Assembly: GCA_049510975.1 (NCBI GenBank)
Contig: JBEKYM010000016.1
Location: forward strand, 561 to 64,560
From: Acidimicrobiales bacterium
Lineage (GTDB): Bacteria > Actinomycetota > Acidimicrobiia > Acidimicrobiales > Bog-793
Direction of reading: 5' to 3'
DNA length: 64,000 nucleotides
Below are positions 27,866 through 37,485 of this stretch, in pieces. The notes beneath the pieces were generated by a model. That model made no database searches, had not been told where the DNA came from, and saw nothing but the letters and a program-made list of their open reading frames with translations. Each line of letters begins with the position of its first letter. Position 1 is the stretch's first letter. Position numbers and translations under genes: made by a program.

Positions 27866-29501
27866 CCTCGCCCTGCCGGCGCCGGCCCGCAGCGGGCGAC
27901 GCCCCGGGTCGGTGGTCGCCGGATTGACGGCGCGCCGGGCGGTCCGGTCGGGCGCTCTGTGGGGCTACATCTTCGGCGCCGTCGTGGCGTCGTCAGCCTG
28001 GAGCTACTCGACGATCTACAAGACACCGGCAGACCGGCAGCACTTGGCGAAGGCCTTTGCTCTGAACAACGCCAGCCGGGCGCTCTTCGGCCCCGCCCTC
28101 CAGCTCCAGACCGTTGCCGGTTTCACGGTGTTCAAGACCTCGATGACGCTCATGGTCCTCGGTGCCGTGTGGGGTCTGCTGACGAGCACACGTTTGCTGC
28201 GGGGCGAGGAGGATGCGGGGCGGTGGGAGCTGCTGCTCTCGGGGCAGACCACGCGAAAGGGAGCCGCCGCCCAGGCGCTCGCCGGACTGGCGGCCGGCGT
28301 GCTCACGATGTGGGCGATCACCGCCTTGATCACGAGCGTCATCGGCCGTTCGTCCAGAGTCGACATCGCCGCCGGGCCGGCGCTCTACTTCGCCCTCGCG
28401 TTGGTGGCGAGCGCGGTGATGTTTCTCGCCGTTGGCGCCCTCGCCAGCCAGCTCGGCCCCACACGCCGGCAGGCGGCTTCGTATGCGGGAGCCGCTCTCG
28501 GTGTGAGCTACGCCGCTCGCATGGTGGCCGATTCGGGCACCGGCCTGCATTGGCTGATCTGGATCTCACCGCTCGGATGGGTCGAACAGCTGAAGCCGCT
28601 CAGCTCCCCCGAGCCGCTCGCCTTGCTTCCCATCGTCGCGTTCACGGCCCTGGTGGCGGCTCTCGCCGTGCACCTCGCGGGCCGGCGAGACGTCGGCGAG
28701 AGCACGCTGCCCGACCGGACCACGAGCGAACCCCACGTGCGCCTGCTGTCCGGCCCCATCGGACTGGCTGTCCGCACGCTGCGGCCGGCCGTCGTCGGCT
28801 GGTGGGTGGCGATCGCCGTCATCGGCCTGCTCTTCGGGCTGCTGGCCAAAGCGGCCGGAGCGACGATCTCGGGGTCGTCAGTGCAAGAGGTCTTCCGCCG
28901 GCTCGGGGCGCCGGGGGCGGGCACGAAGGCGTTTCTCGGCGTGGCGTTCCTCATCGTCGCCGTCCTCGTCGGCTTTACAGCCGCTGGACAGATGACCGCA
29001 GCCCGCGGCGAGGAGTCCGAGGGCCGCCTCGATCACCTGCTCGTCGGCCCGCTCTCCCGGTCGTCGTGGCTCGGAGGAAGGCTCTTCGTCTCAGTGATCG
29101 TCGTCGCCGTCAGCGGCATCATCGGCGGTGCTTTCATCTGGATCGGGGCGGCCACCCAGCACTCGGGCGTGGACTTCGCCTCGGTCGTCGGAGCCGGCCT
29201 CAACGTCGTGCCGGCATCGCTGTGCGTGCTCGGCATCGGAGCGCTCGTCTTCGGGCTCCGGCCACGGATCGCCTCGCCCGTCACCTACGGGCTGCTCGGT
29301 TGGTCCTTGCTCGTCGAGCTGGTCGGCGGCATCGGCGCACTCAGCCACTGGGTCCTCGACACCTCCATCTTCCACCAGATGGCCTCGGCTCCGGCGGTTC
29401 CCGTCAACTGGGAGGCGAACGCCGTCATGGCCGGCATCGGCATTCTGAGCGCAGGGGTCGGGAGCATCGGCTTCAGACGCCGGGACCTCGCCGGCCAATG
29501 A
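27855..29501 (+). CDS. ABC transporter permease (large ABC-2-like, about 12 hydrophobic segments)
   Basis: 548 aa with repeated hydrophobic helices. It overlaps the ATPase stop upstream and the TetR start downstream (ATGA), so it is translationally coupled. Confidence 0.75.
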   Translation: MPADLALPAPARSGRRPGSVVAGLTARRAVRSGALWGYIFGAVVASSAWSYSTIYKTPADRQHLAKAFALNNASRALFGPALQLQTVAGFTVFKTSMTLMVLGAVWGLLTSTRLLRGEEDAGRWELLLSGQTTRKGAAAQALAGLAAGVLTMWAITALITSVIGRSSRVDIAAGPALYFALALVASAVMFLAVGALASQLGPTRRQAASYAGAALGVSYAARMVADSGTGLHWLIWISPLGWVEQLKPLSSPEPLALLPIVAFTALVAALAVHLAGRRDVGESTLPDRTTSEPHVRLLSGPIGLAVRTLRPAVVGWWVAIAVIGLLFGLLAKAAGATISGSSVQEVFRRLGAPGAGTKAFLGVAFLIVAVLVGFTAAGQMTAARGEESEGRLDHLLVGPLSRSSWLGGRLFVSVIVVAVSGIIGGAFIWIGAATQHSGVDFASVVGAGLNVVPASLCVLGIGALVFGLRPRIASPVTYGLLGWSLLVELVGGIGALSHWVLDTSIFHQMASAPAVPVNWEANAVMAGIGILSAGVGSIGFRRRDLAGQ

Positions 29502-30166
29502 GCGCCGCCCAGCCCAAGGCACCGCCACCGGCTCGGCCGCCTTCCGACGCCGGTCGGGCGGCTGCCTTCGAGGATCTGACCGCCCGCGCTCGCATCCGCG
29601 ACGCCGCCCTCTGGCACTTCGCCGAGCACGGGTACGAACGGGCGACGATCCGCGCCATCGCCGCTGCGGCCGGTGTGTCGCCCGGCCTCGTCCGCCACCA
29701 TTTCGGCTCCAAGCAGGCGCTGCACGACGCCTGTGACGAGCACGTCCTCGTCTCACTCCGGCGCATCAACTCCGAGATGCTCGAGGATCCGAGCGCCACG
29801 AGCGGAGGGCGTCTCACCATCAAGCCGTTCCAACGGTACGTGGCCCGAGCCTTGGCGGAAGGCTTCAGCACGGTGTCGCCGATCTTTGACGAGATGGCGG
29901 CGCTCACCGAGCAGTGGCTGGCGCGCGCCGACGAGCGCCGTTCCGACCCGCCGGCCGTCCCTCGCGCCGTCCGCGCCGCCGTCATGACGGCCATGGCCGC
30001 CGGCATCCCGCTGCTGCACACGCAGCTCTCGCGGTCGCTCGGCCTCGACGTCTTGGCTCCGGAAGGAGACCGGCTGCTGGCACTTGCTCTCCTCGACATC
30101 TACTCGCACGCCATCATCGATGTGGACTTCGCGGCGGCAGCAGAAGTGGGTTACGCCTCTTCGTGA
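29498..30166 (+). CDS. TetR/AcrR family transcriptional regulator
   Basis: HTH RIRDAALWHFAEHGYERATIRAIAAAAGVSPGLVRHHFGSKQAL. ATG 29498 overlaps the permease stop. Confidence 0.85.
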   Translation: MSAAQPKAPPPARPPSDAGRAAAFEDLTARARIRDAALWHFAEHGYERATIRAIAAAAGVSPGLVRHHFGSKQALHDACDEHVLVSLRRINSEMLEDPSATSGGRLTIKPFQRYVARALAEGFSTVSPIFDEMAALTEQWLARADERRSDPPAVPRAVRAAVMTAMAAGIPLLHTQLSRSLGLDVLAPEGDRLLALALLDIYSHAIIDVDFAAAAEVGYASS

Positions 30167-31380
30167 CCGCCGACCGGGCCGACCGTTGCGATGCCCAACC
30201 GGGCCATCAGCAGGCGTCGGTGCGATCCGAGAGCGAGCAGCGTGGCCGCGAACGCAACGGCGAGCAAGACATAGGGCACGGTGTCGCTCGTCGCCTGTGC
30301 GAGGGCGCCGCTGCCTGCCGCCGCGATCGCCTGACCACCCGCCCACGCCAGGTTCGACAGCCCGAAACCCAATCCCTGGTGGAGGTTCTGACGCTGCGAT
30401 CCGTCCGAGATCATGGCAGCGGCAGGCACGAACAGCAGACCGAAGGCGGGCAACCCGATGACGATGACACCCAAGAGCAACGCCCTCGGGAGGACGAAGG
30501 GCAGGAGCAAGCTCTCCACGATGGCCAGCGAGACGCAGAGGCGGACAGGTCCCGCCCGCCCTCGACGGTCGGCGACGCGGCCGACGAGGGGCGCGCACAT
30601 CGCCTCCAGGGCGGCTGACCCGAGGAAAGCAGCACCGATGACGATCGCCGTCGCCCCGAGGGTGGCGAGCCGGAGCGGGACCAGCACGTCGACAACGCCG
30701 AAAGCCAGGCCGGCGAGAAACGTCAACCACATACCGCCGGTGAGACTTGGATCCCGCAGTGCGGAGAAGGCGCTGCGAAGCGACTGCGACTCGTCGCTCG
30801 TCGGGACGCGGACGAGCAGACTGGCAACGATCAGGCAGCCTCCGGCCACGGTGGCGCCGGCAAACGTCGCTCCGGTGCCAGCCCTGCTGGCGATCGCACC
30901 GACCACAGGCCCGAAGAGCGCCCCGCCGACGGCCGCCGAGAACGCCACACCGAGGGCAGCGGCCCGCCGATCGACGGGTGCAGCGGAGGCCAGCCAGGCA
31001 AGGCCGCCCGCCCAGGTACAGGCCCCACCAACGCCCTGCACGAAGCGAGCGAGATCGAGCAGGACATCGGAGCTCGCCAAGCCGAAGCACAAGCTGGCGG
31101 CGCTCATGAGCGTGAGGCCTGCCACCACGGCGGGCCTGACACCGACCCGGCTGGCGTACATCCCGCCAGGGATGGAGCCGAGCAACGTGCCGATGGGGTA
31201 GGCGGCGACGAGGAGCCCGGCCCCCGATTTGGAGAGACGGAGCGCATGCACGTAGTGGGGGAGCAGTGGGGTGACGGCCGTGAAGAAGACGGTGTCGACG
31301 AACACGACTGCGGAGATGAGCGCCAGCAGCGCTCCGAGCCCGCTCCGTTCGGCGCCGAGCGACTTCCACCGGTGAGGCAT
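30151..31380 (-). CDS. MFS transporter (12-TM type)
   Basis: 409 aa, MFS motif A-like region GMYASRVGVRPAVVAGL, many TM helices. Confidence 0.85.
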   Translation of the reverse strand: MPHRWKSLGAERSGLGALLALISAVVFVDTVFFTAVTPLLPHYVHALRLSKSGAGLLVAAYPIGTLLGSIPGGMYASRVGVRPAVVAGLTLMSAASLCFGLASSDVLLDLARFVQGVGGACTWAGGLAWLASAAPVDRRAAALGVAFSAAVGGALFGPVVGAIASRAGTGATFAGATVAGGCLIVASLLVRVPTSDESQSLRSAFSALRDPSLTGGMWLTFLAGLAFGVVDVLVPLRLATLGATAIVIGAAFLGSAALEAMCAPLVGRVADRRGRAGPVRLCVSLAIVESLLLPFVLPRALLLGVIVIGLPAFGLLFVPAAAMISDGSQRQNLHQGLGFGLSNLAWAGGQAIAAAGSGALAQATSDTVPYVLLAVAFAATLLALGSHRRLLMARLGIATVGPVGGHEEA

Positions 31381-31517
31381 TGCGCCAGTATGGCGACCCG
31401 AGGCTGGACGCCCGGCAAGGGCGCCGCTCGGTTTCGTGGCGGACTCCGCTCAACAGCCAGGGCGACCGTGGTCCACGCGGGCGACTCCATCGGTCGAGCA
31501 GATGCGAAACTCCCCTC

Positions 31518-32147
31518 ATGCCGCCGCATCGCGACCTGGCCGCCTTCGAGCGACGCGCGCCGGACTACGACGCAGGTTGGCTCGGCCGCATGCACCACGA
31601 GATCGCCGATCGGACCCTCTCGCTCGCTCTTGCGACGACCGCCGCCCCGCAGCGAATCCTCGACGTCGGCTGTGGGACGGGCTACCTCTTGCGGCGCTTG
31701 GCCACCTTCTGTGGCGATGCGATCGTGTTGGCCGGCGTCGATCCCGCCCCCGCCATGATCGAGGCGGCGAAGGCGTCAGCCGACGACGAGCGGCTTGGTT
31801 ACTCGGTCGGGGTTGCCGAGCACCTGCCGTACCCCGACGACGCCTTCGACCTCGTCGTCAGCACGACGTCGTTCGACCACTGGTCAGACCAGGGCGCCGG
31901 ACTGCTCGAGTGTGCCCGAGTGCTGGCGCCTCGAGGCCGACTCGTGCTCGTCGACCAGTTCTCCTCGTTGCTGCTGCCGACGTTCCTGATGGGCCGTGCC
32001 GGCAAGGCCCGCACCAGGAGTCGGGCGGACCGCCTCCTCGCTGCCGCCGGGTTCGGCTCGCCCACTTGGCACGACCTCTCTGCGGTCATCATCAAGGGTG
32101 TGACCGCAACGGTGCAGGAGTCGGGCGCTCGGGGGAGTCCAGCATGA
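31518..32147 (+). CDS. Class I SAM-dependent methyltransferase
   Basis: Motif I ILDVGCGTGYL, post-I DPAPAMIE, motif II/III FDLVVSTTSFDHW, LAPRGRLVLVD. Start at the internal ATG 31518. Confidence 0.85.
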   Translation: MPPHRDLAAFERRAPDYDAGWLGRMHHEIADRTLSLALATTAAPQRILDVGCGTGYLLRRLATFCGDAIVLAGVDPAPAMIEAAKASADDERLGYSVGVAEHLPYPDDAFDLVVSTTSFDHWSDQGAGLLECARVLAPRGRLVLVDQFSSLLLPTFLMGRAGKARTRSRADRLLAAAGFGSPTWHDLSAVIIKGVTATVQESGARGSPA

Positions 32148-34602
32148 CGCAACACGACTCGAAGTCGCCGGGCCGGGCGAAAAGAAACCCCTGGGCGTAT
32201 CGGCACCCGAGCTCCTGGAGGACAGCCAGTTGTGCCAGGTTCTCGACGCCTTCGGCCACCACGCGCAACCCGAGGGCTTCGCCGATGGCGATGACCGCCG
32301 CCACGAGCGTCGCATCGAAGGCGCGGGTTCCGAGACCTTCGGTGAACGATTGGTCGATCTTCAGCTCGTCGACGGGGAACCGCCCGAGGTAGGCGAGTGA
32401 CGAGTAGCCCGTGCCGAAGTCGTCGATCGACACTCGGGCACCGAGGACCTGCAGCCGGTCGAGGGCGGCCGAGAAGTAGTCGACGTCCTCCATGAGGACG
32501 GATTCGGTGATCTCGAGACACAGCAGCGCCGGATCGAAACCCTCCGCCGCGATGAGCCGTTCGAGCGATTCGACGAAGGCAGGCGATCGCAGCTGCACGG
32601 CGGACACGTTCACCGACATCGTGCAAGCGGCCAGCCGAGGTCCCATCTGTGCCCACTGGGCGAGGACCTCGCCGGCCTGGCCCAGCACCCACTCACCGAT
32701 CGGCACGATGAGCCCGGAGTCCTCGGCAACGGGAATGAAGTCGGCCGGGTTGATCGTGCCCCGATCCGGGTCGTCCCATCTGATGAGGGCCTCTGCACCC
32801 ACGAAACGCTGTTCGGTGATCGACCACACCGGTTGGAAGACGAGGCGGAACTCCTCGTTCTCGAGCGCACGGCGCAGGCCGGCTTCGGCAGTGGCGCGTC
32901 GCTCCACCTCGGCCCGCAACGAGTCGTCGAAGACCTCGTAGCGCCCTCGGCCACGGTCCTTGGCCCGATACATGGCGAGGTCGGCGCTCTGCAGGAGCTC
33001 GTCGGCATCGCGGCCGACGCCGCTCGCCCCGCTCGTGACGACCCCGAGCGAGGCTTTGACGAACACGTCCTTTCCTTCCACCTTGAACGGAGTGCTGAAG
33101 GCCTCCAACGTGCGCTCTGCAACCTTGATCGCATCGCTCGGTACTCGCAGGTCCTCGCAGACGACGACGAACTCGTCGCCGCTGTGGCGACCCACCGTGT
33201 CCGAGTCGCGGGAACGTTCCAGCAGCCGGCCCGCCACCGCAACAAGGACAGCGTCGCCCCAACGGTGACCGTCGGTGTCGTTGAACAGCTTGAAGCGATC
33301 CAGGTCCACGAACAGCACTGCGATGAGGGTGCCGTCACGCGAGGCACGTGACAAGCCCTGCTCCATCCTGTCCATCAACAGCACGCGATTCGGCAAGCCG
33401 GTGAGGGGATCGTGCAACACGGCATGTTCGAGGCTGAGCTCGGCGACCTTGCGATCGCTGATGTCGCGGGTGATGCCGTCGAGACCGGTCATCTCGCCGG
33501 CGTCATTGCGGACAGCGGTCAGCCGTTGGCTGATCCAGATCTTGGAGCCGTCCTTGCGCACGTATTCGAGATCGCCGGCAACCTCGTCGTCCTCTGCGTC
33601 GAGGCGCTCCAGCAACAACTCCCGAGAGACCGAGTCGACGATCCGGTCGATGAGATCTGCATCTGCGTAGAGCTCCTCCGGCGTATAGCCCGTGATCGCC
33701 AGAGAGGCCGGGCTCACGAACTCGAAGGCCGGTTCGGGCAGGATGCGGTAGTGGAAGATGAGGTCTCTCGAGTTCTCCGCCAGCATGCGGAGGCGAGCTT
33801 CGACCCCGCGCATCTCTTCCTCGGCGTCGTGGCGGGCCGTGATGTCCTGGACGACGCCGACGATCTCTACAGGTGCTCCGGTCTCGTCTGCGACGACGTC
33901 TGCGGCTTCGAAGACCCAGGCTTCGGAGCCGTCCGGACGGACGATGCGGTGCTCCAGCTCATAGCGGCCCACCTCGGCGACGGCCAGTAGAGCCGCCGCA
34001 CGGACGCGATCAACGTCGTCAGGGTGGACGCGCTCGTAGAAGTCGGCCGTCGTGAGGTCGAAGCGCTCCGGCGTGCCGAAGATCCGGAACGTCTCACTCG
34101 TGCAGGTGAGCGGCGCGTTCGGGCCGATGCCGCAGATCCAGCCTCCGATACGGCCCACCCGCTGGGCGCGCTCGAGCAGGTCGAGACTGGCCGCGAGGCG
34201 TTGCTCGCGAAGCTTGCGGTCGGTGACATCTCGAAGCACGGCCGACTCGCCGATGACCGAGCCGTTGTCGGCGAAGATCGGAGCCACGCTGACGGAGACG
34301 TCGATGCTGCGACCGTCTCGGGTCGTTCGCGAGGTGGCGTACTGGCTGATGCGCTCGCCGTTCATCGCACGTCGGAAGAGTCCCCGGTAATCCTCCCGCG
34401 CCGTCTCCTCGACGATGTCCTCGTAGACCCGGCCCAACATCTCGGTGGCTTTGTACCCAAGGAGCCGTTCGGCGCCGCCATTCCAGGCAATGACCCGCTG
34501 GTTGGCGTCGAGGCTGATGATGGCGTCTTCGGAGCTCTCGCTGATTGAGGCGAGGAGCGCCTGAAGGCTCTCCGGAAACATGTCTCGATCGTTCAGAATC
34601 AT
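32092..34602 (-). CDS. PAS/PAC (x3)-GGDEF-EAL signalling protein (c-di-GMP turnover)
   Basis: PAS motifs (AIISLDANQRVIAWNGGAERLLGY), GGDEF domain with SGDEF in the active-site position (RHSGDEFVVVCE), EAL domain (GAEALIRW, DDFGTGYSSL, KIDQSF). Confidence 0.9.
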   Translation of the reverse strand: MILNDRDMFPESLQALLASISESSEDAIISLDANQRVIAWNGGAERLLGYKATEMLGRVYEDIVEETAREDYRGLFRRAMNGERISQYATSRTTRDGRSIDVSVSVAPIFADNGSVIGESAVLRDVTDRKLREQRLAASLDLLERAQRVGRIGGWICGIGPNAPLTCTSETFRIFGTPERFDLTTADFYERVHPDDVDRVRAAALLAVAEVGRYELEHRIVRPDGSEAWVFEAADVVADETGAPVEIVGVVQDITARHDAEEEMRGVEARLRMLAENSRDLIFHYRILPEPAFEFVSPASLAITGYTPEELYADADLIDRIVDSVSRELLLERLDAEDDEVAGDLEYVRKDGSKIWISQRLTAVRNDAGEMTGLDGITRDISDRKVAELSLEHAVLHDPLTGLPNRVLLMDRMEQGLSRASRDGTLIAVLFVDLDRFKLFNDTDGHRWGDAVLVAVAGRLLERSRDSDTVGRHSGDEFVVVCEDLRVPSDAIKVAERTLEAFSTPFKVEGKDVFVKASLGVVTSGASGVGRDADELLQSADLAMYRAKDRGRGRYEVFDDSLRAEVERRATAEAGLRRALENEEFRLVFQPVWSITEQRFVGAEALIRWDDPDRGTINPADFIPVAEDSGLIVPIGEWVLGQAGEVLAQWAQMGPRLAACTMSVNVSAVQLRSPAFVESLERLIAAEGFDPALLCLEITESVLMEDVDYFSAALDRLQVLGARVSIDDFGTGYSSLAYLGRFPVDELKIDQSFTEGLGTRAFDATLVAAVIAIGEALGLRVVAEGVENLAQLAVLQELGCRYAQGFLFARPGDFESCCVMLDSPERPTPAPLRSHP

Positions 34603-34988
34603 CTCGGACCACCAGAGGTTGTCGAGCCCACGGAGACAGTCTCATCCAACCCCTGGCCAGCATAACTTTTACGGGATGGACCTCGTTCACGGATTGCAAC
34701 AATGCGAGGTGAGTGTCACACCCGCGACTTTTCAGAATGGTCGTGGGCACATGTGACGCGTCGAGGGAAATGTTCGGCCGGTGGCCCGGATGCACCGTTC
34801 GGATCGCCTGCGATGACGAGCCCGTACCCGAGGCCGACGCCGACCGATTCGGGGATTCCCGGGATTCACCCGCAACCTGATAGGAATAAACACGGAGAGT
34901 GAGTGAGACACCACCGTAAGTGTTCATCCCTGATACACTAGAGATGCGCGCTCCGCTCGGGACGTGACAATTTGGAAGTGGTGTCGCA

Positions 34989-35993
34989 ATGGTTGTCCGC
35001 GGTTTCCTCCGTCAAAGCATTCTGCCGATCTTCGCCGGTGGCTCCGCAGCCGCTGTGGCGGCGGTTGCGGTCCTTTCTTTCTCCTCCGCAGCTCTCGGGG
35101 CCGTTGGTCCCGTCGGGCTCGGTACTGCCAAGTCGTTTGCCGTGCTCGCCGGCACGACGGTTACGAACACCGGTCCGTCCGTCATCTCGGGCAGCGTCGG
35201 CGTCAGCCCGGGCAACGCCGTCACGGGGTTCCCGCCCGGCGAAGTGATCAACGGCAGCATGCACCGCGCCGACGCGGTGGCATCTGATGCTGAATCCGAC
35301 CTGACGACCGCCTACAACGATGCCGCCGGCCGGACGCCGGTCACTGTCGTCAAGGCGAACCTCGGTGGCAGGACGCTTGCACCTGGCGTCTACAAAGCCA
35401 CTTCGGACATGAGCCTCACCGGCACCGTCACCCTGGACGGGGACGGCAACCCGAACTCGGTATTCATCTTCCAGGCCAGCTCGACGCTCATCACGGCATC
35501 GAGCGCCACGGTTGCCCTCACCGGCGACACCCAAGCTTGCAACGTCTTCTGGCAGGTGGGCAGCTCAGCAACGCTCGGTACGGGAACGAGCTTTGTCGGC
35601 AGCGTCCTCGCCCTGACGTCGATCTCCGTGCAAACGGGTACGACCGTCGCCGGCCGGGTGCTCGCTCGCAACGGCCAGGTCAGTCTCGATGACAACGTCA
35701 TCACCGAGCCCAGCTGCAGCAATGGGACGACGACGACGACCACGTCGCCCGGTTCGACGACGAGCACGACGACGTCGGGCACATCGCCTCGCACGCCGAC
35801 GAACTCGACGACGACCACGACCGCGGGCGGCCACGGTTCGGTGACGACGACCACCCTCGGGGGCTCGAAGGTGCCGAACGCACACACGGGCGAGCCCTGG
35901 GCAGGATGGCAGTACTGGGCACTCACGGCGCTCGCCGGTCTTCTCGGCATGACCTTCACAGCTGGTGCGATTCGCATCCGCCGTCACCTCTAG
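34989..35993 (+). CDS. DUF3494 (ice-binding-like beta-solenoid) surface protein with C-terminal cell-wall sorting signal
   Basis: Signal peptide; LGTAKSFAVLAGTTVTNTG, ISGSVGVSPG, LAPGVYK, VFWQVGSSATLG, GRVLA (DUF3494 hallmarks); Thr/Ser-rich stalk; NAHTG + hydrophobic helix + RIRRHL tail. Confidence 0.8.
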   Translation: MVVRGFLRQSILPIFAGGSAAAVAAVAVLSFSSAALGAVGPVGLGTAKSFAVLAGTTVTNTGPSVISGSVGVSPGNAVTGFPPGEVINGSMHRADAVASDAESDLTTAYNDAAGRTPVTVVKANLGGRTLAPGVYKATSDMSLTGTVTLDGDGNPNSVFIFQASSTLITASSATVALTGDTQACNVFWQVGSSATLGTGTSFVGSVLALTSISVQTGTTVAGRVLARNGQVSLDDNVITEPSCSNGTTTTTTSPGSTTSTTTSGTSPRTPTNSTTTTTAGGHGSVTTTTLGGSKVPNAHTGEPWAGWQYWALTALAGLLGMTFTAGAIRIRRHL

Positions 35994-36655
35994 ACATCCA
36001 AGCGCCATGGCGGTCGGCCCGACTCGGGTCGGCCGCCATGGCTTTTTGCTGCCCTCCCCGGGTTGTGGCAGGGCGAGGCGGCTCGATGCGAGACTCGCGG
36101 CGTGAGCGTCCATGCCCGCCGGCCCCCGCCTCCTCCGACCCGGATCGTCCTCGAAGCTGGGCGGGCGAGTCCCGCCGCGCACACCGTGGGGCGAGCAGCG
36201 CGACGTCGTCATGGCTGCGCTGAGCACCCCCTCACAGCCCGCTCGTTGGCCGGTCAGGTATTCGATCCGCCGATGTGCCTGGCACGTTCTCGATCACGCC
36301 TGGGCGATCGAGGACAAGAGCAGCGTGACTCACTAGCCGTGTGAGCATGTGCTGCCGGCGCTGCTGAAACAGCGGAGTACGTTGGCGAAATGGGTTCGCG
36401 CAACTACCGCCGGGGCTACATGGGGCGCAACTACCACGTCACGGGTGAACACGAAGCCGAGGCGAAAAAGGCTGAGCGAGCGAAGAAGCCGAGTCGGATC
36501 GGGCTGCTCGTCTTGAGGCTTCTCGGCTACCGGGGTTACGTCCCCCGTGCCCCAGATGTTCATGAGCCGGCCTCGAGTCACCGACCTCCTCACCGGCACG
36601 CCGATTGACGGCTGAAACCACCGCTGTACGGGCGGTCCCTCAGGCGCGAGTCCTA

Positions 36656-37141
36656 CTACCGGGCCGTCTCCTCCGACCTTGCCCAACGGCGGCTCGGCGG
36701 CCGAAGTTGCTCCTGAGCCGATACCTCGGCCATCGAGGTCTGCAGCTTCCGGAGAAGCTCGGTGAAGACGCGAACCTCAGCTGGCTGCCAGTCCCGGACG
36801 AAGAGAGCGAACCGCTTGAGCCCGAATTCCTCCAGTCGTTGCAGTTCTGCGGTGCCAGCCGGCTCGAGCATCACGAGGCACGAGCGCCGATCGGCCGGGT
36901 CCGCCGTCACTCTGGCAAAGCCGGCGACCTCCAACTCCCGCACCTGCCGGGTCACCAGCGACGGATGTACCCGCTGCAGTTCGGCGATCTCCGACGGCCG
37001 GATGCCGTCGTGGCCGGCGATGACCTGGAGCAGGCTCAAGGTGCCCGCTCCCTTCCGCTGCCGGCGGGCGCGCTCGAGCCCGGAATTCATCGTGAACAAC
37101 GCCCCGACCATTGCCCGGACGTCTCGCTTGCTCGGAGGCAT
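36656..37141 (-). CDS. MarR family transcriptional regulator
   Basis: Winged-helix region LSLLQVIAGHDGIRPSEIAELQRVHPSLVTRQVRELEVAGFARVTADPADRRS. Confidence 0.85.
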   Translation of the reverse strand: MPPSKRDVRAMVGALFTMNSGLERARRQRKGAGTLSLLQVIAGHDGIRPSEIAELQRVHPSLVTRQVRELEVAGFARVTADPADRRSCLVMLEPAGTAELQRLEEFGLKRFALFVRDWQPAEVRVFTELLRKLQTSMAEVSAQEQLRPPSRRWARSEETAR

Positions 37142-37160
37142 GGAAAGAGAGTACCGTTAG

Positions 37161-37173
37161 TTGACAGAGTCAA
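37161..37173. promoter_or_regulatory. Palindrome TTGAC-AGA-GTCAA in the marR divergent intergenic region (candidate MarR box, overlaps a TTGACA -35-like hexamer)
   Basis: Read directly, 20 nt upstream of the marR start on the opposite strand. Confidence 0.25.
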
Positions 37174-37257
37174 TCAATCACATCATTCCCGACGTGCCCG
37201 CCCCGGTCACGTCTCGACGATGGTGCGGGAGCTCGCAGCACGTCCAAGGAGGCTTCG

Positions 37258-37443
37258 ATGTCTGGGTTCGCCAAGCGGTTGTTGGACCGCAACGTGTTGT
37301 TCGCACTCGGTGTGCTGCCGCCGGCGGTGTTTCTCTTCGACGGGCATGTCTGGCAGGGACTGGTGTTCTTGGCCTGTGTGGTCGCCGGCCGATTCTCGGT
37401 CCGGCCGTTGGGTCGCCGTCGGACGCTCCCGGCCGGGTCCTAG
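37258..37443 (+). CDS. Possible small membrane protein (61 aa)
   Basis: AAGGAGG SD 7 nt upstream of ATG 37258. Two hydrophobic segments (VLFALGVLPPAVFLF, GLVFLACVVAG). Divergent from marR. No family recognised. Confidence 0.35.
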   Translation: MSGFAKRLLDRNVLFALGVLPPAVFLFDGHVWQGLVFLACVVAGRFSVRPLGRRRTLPAGS

Positions 37444-37485
37444 GCCGGCCGCCGGGCTGTCGAGGGCTCCGCCGCCGTAGCCCGG

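Noticed and set aside
27959-31519. 735-aa ORF 27959..30166(+) and 588-aa ORF 29753..31519(-)
   Set aside because: The first is out of frame over the permease, and only its last 222 codons (the TetR gene) are real. The second is antisense to the TetR and MFS genes.
34603-34988. c-di-GMP riboswitch (GEMM-I/II) in the long intergenic region
   Set aside because: I could not find the conserved GEMM core sequences by eye on either strand. An Infernal scan is needed before any claim.
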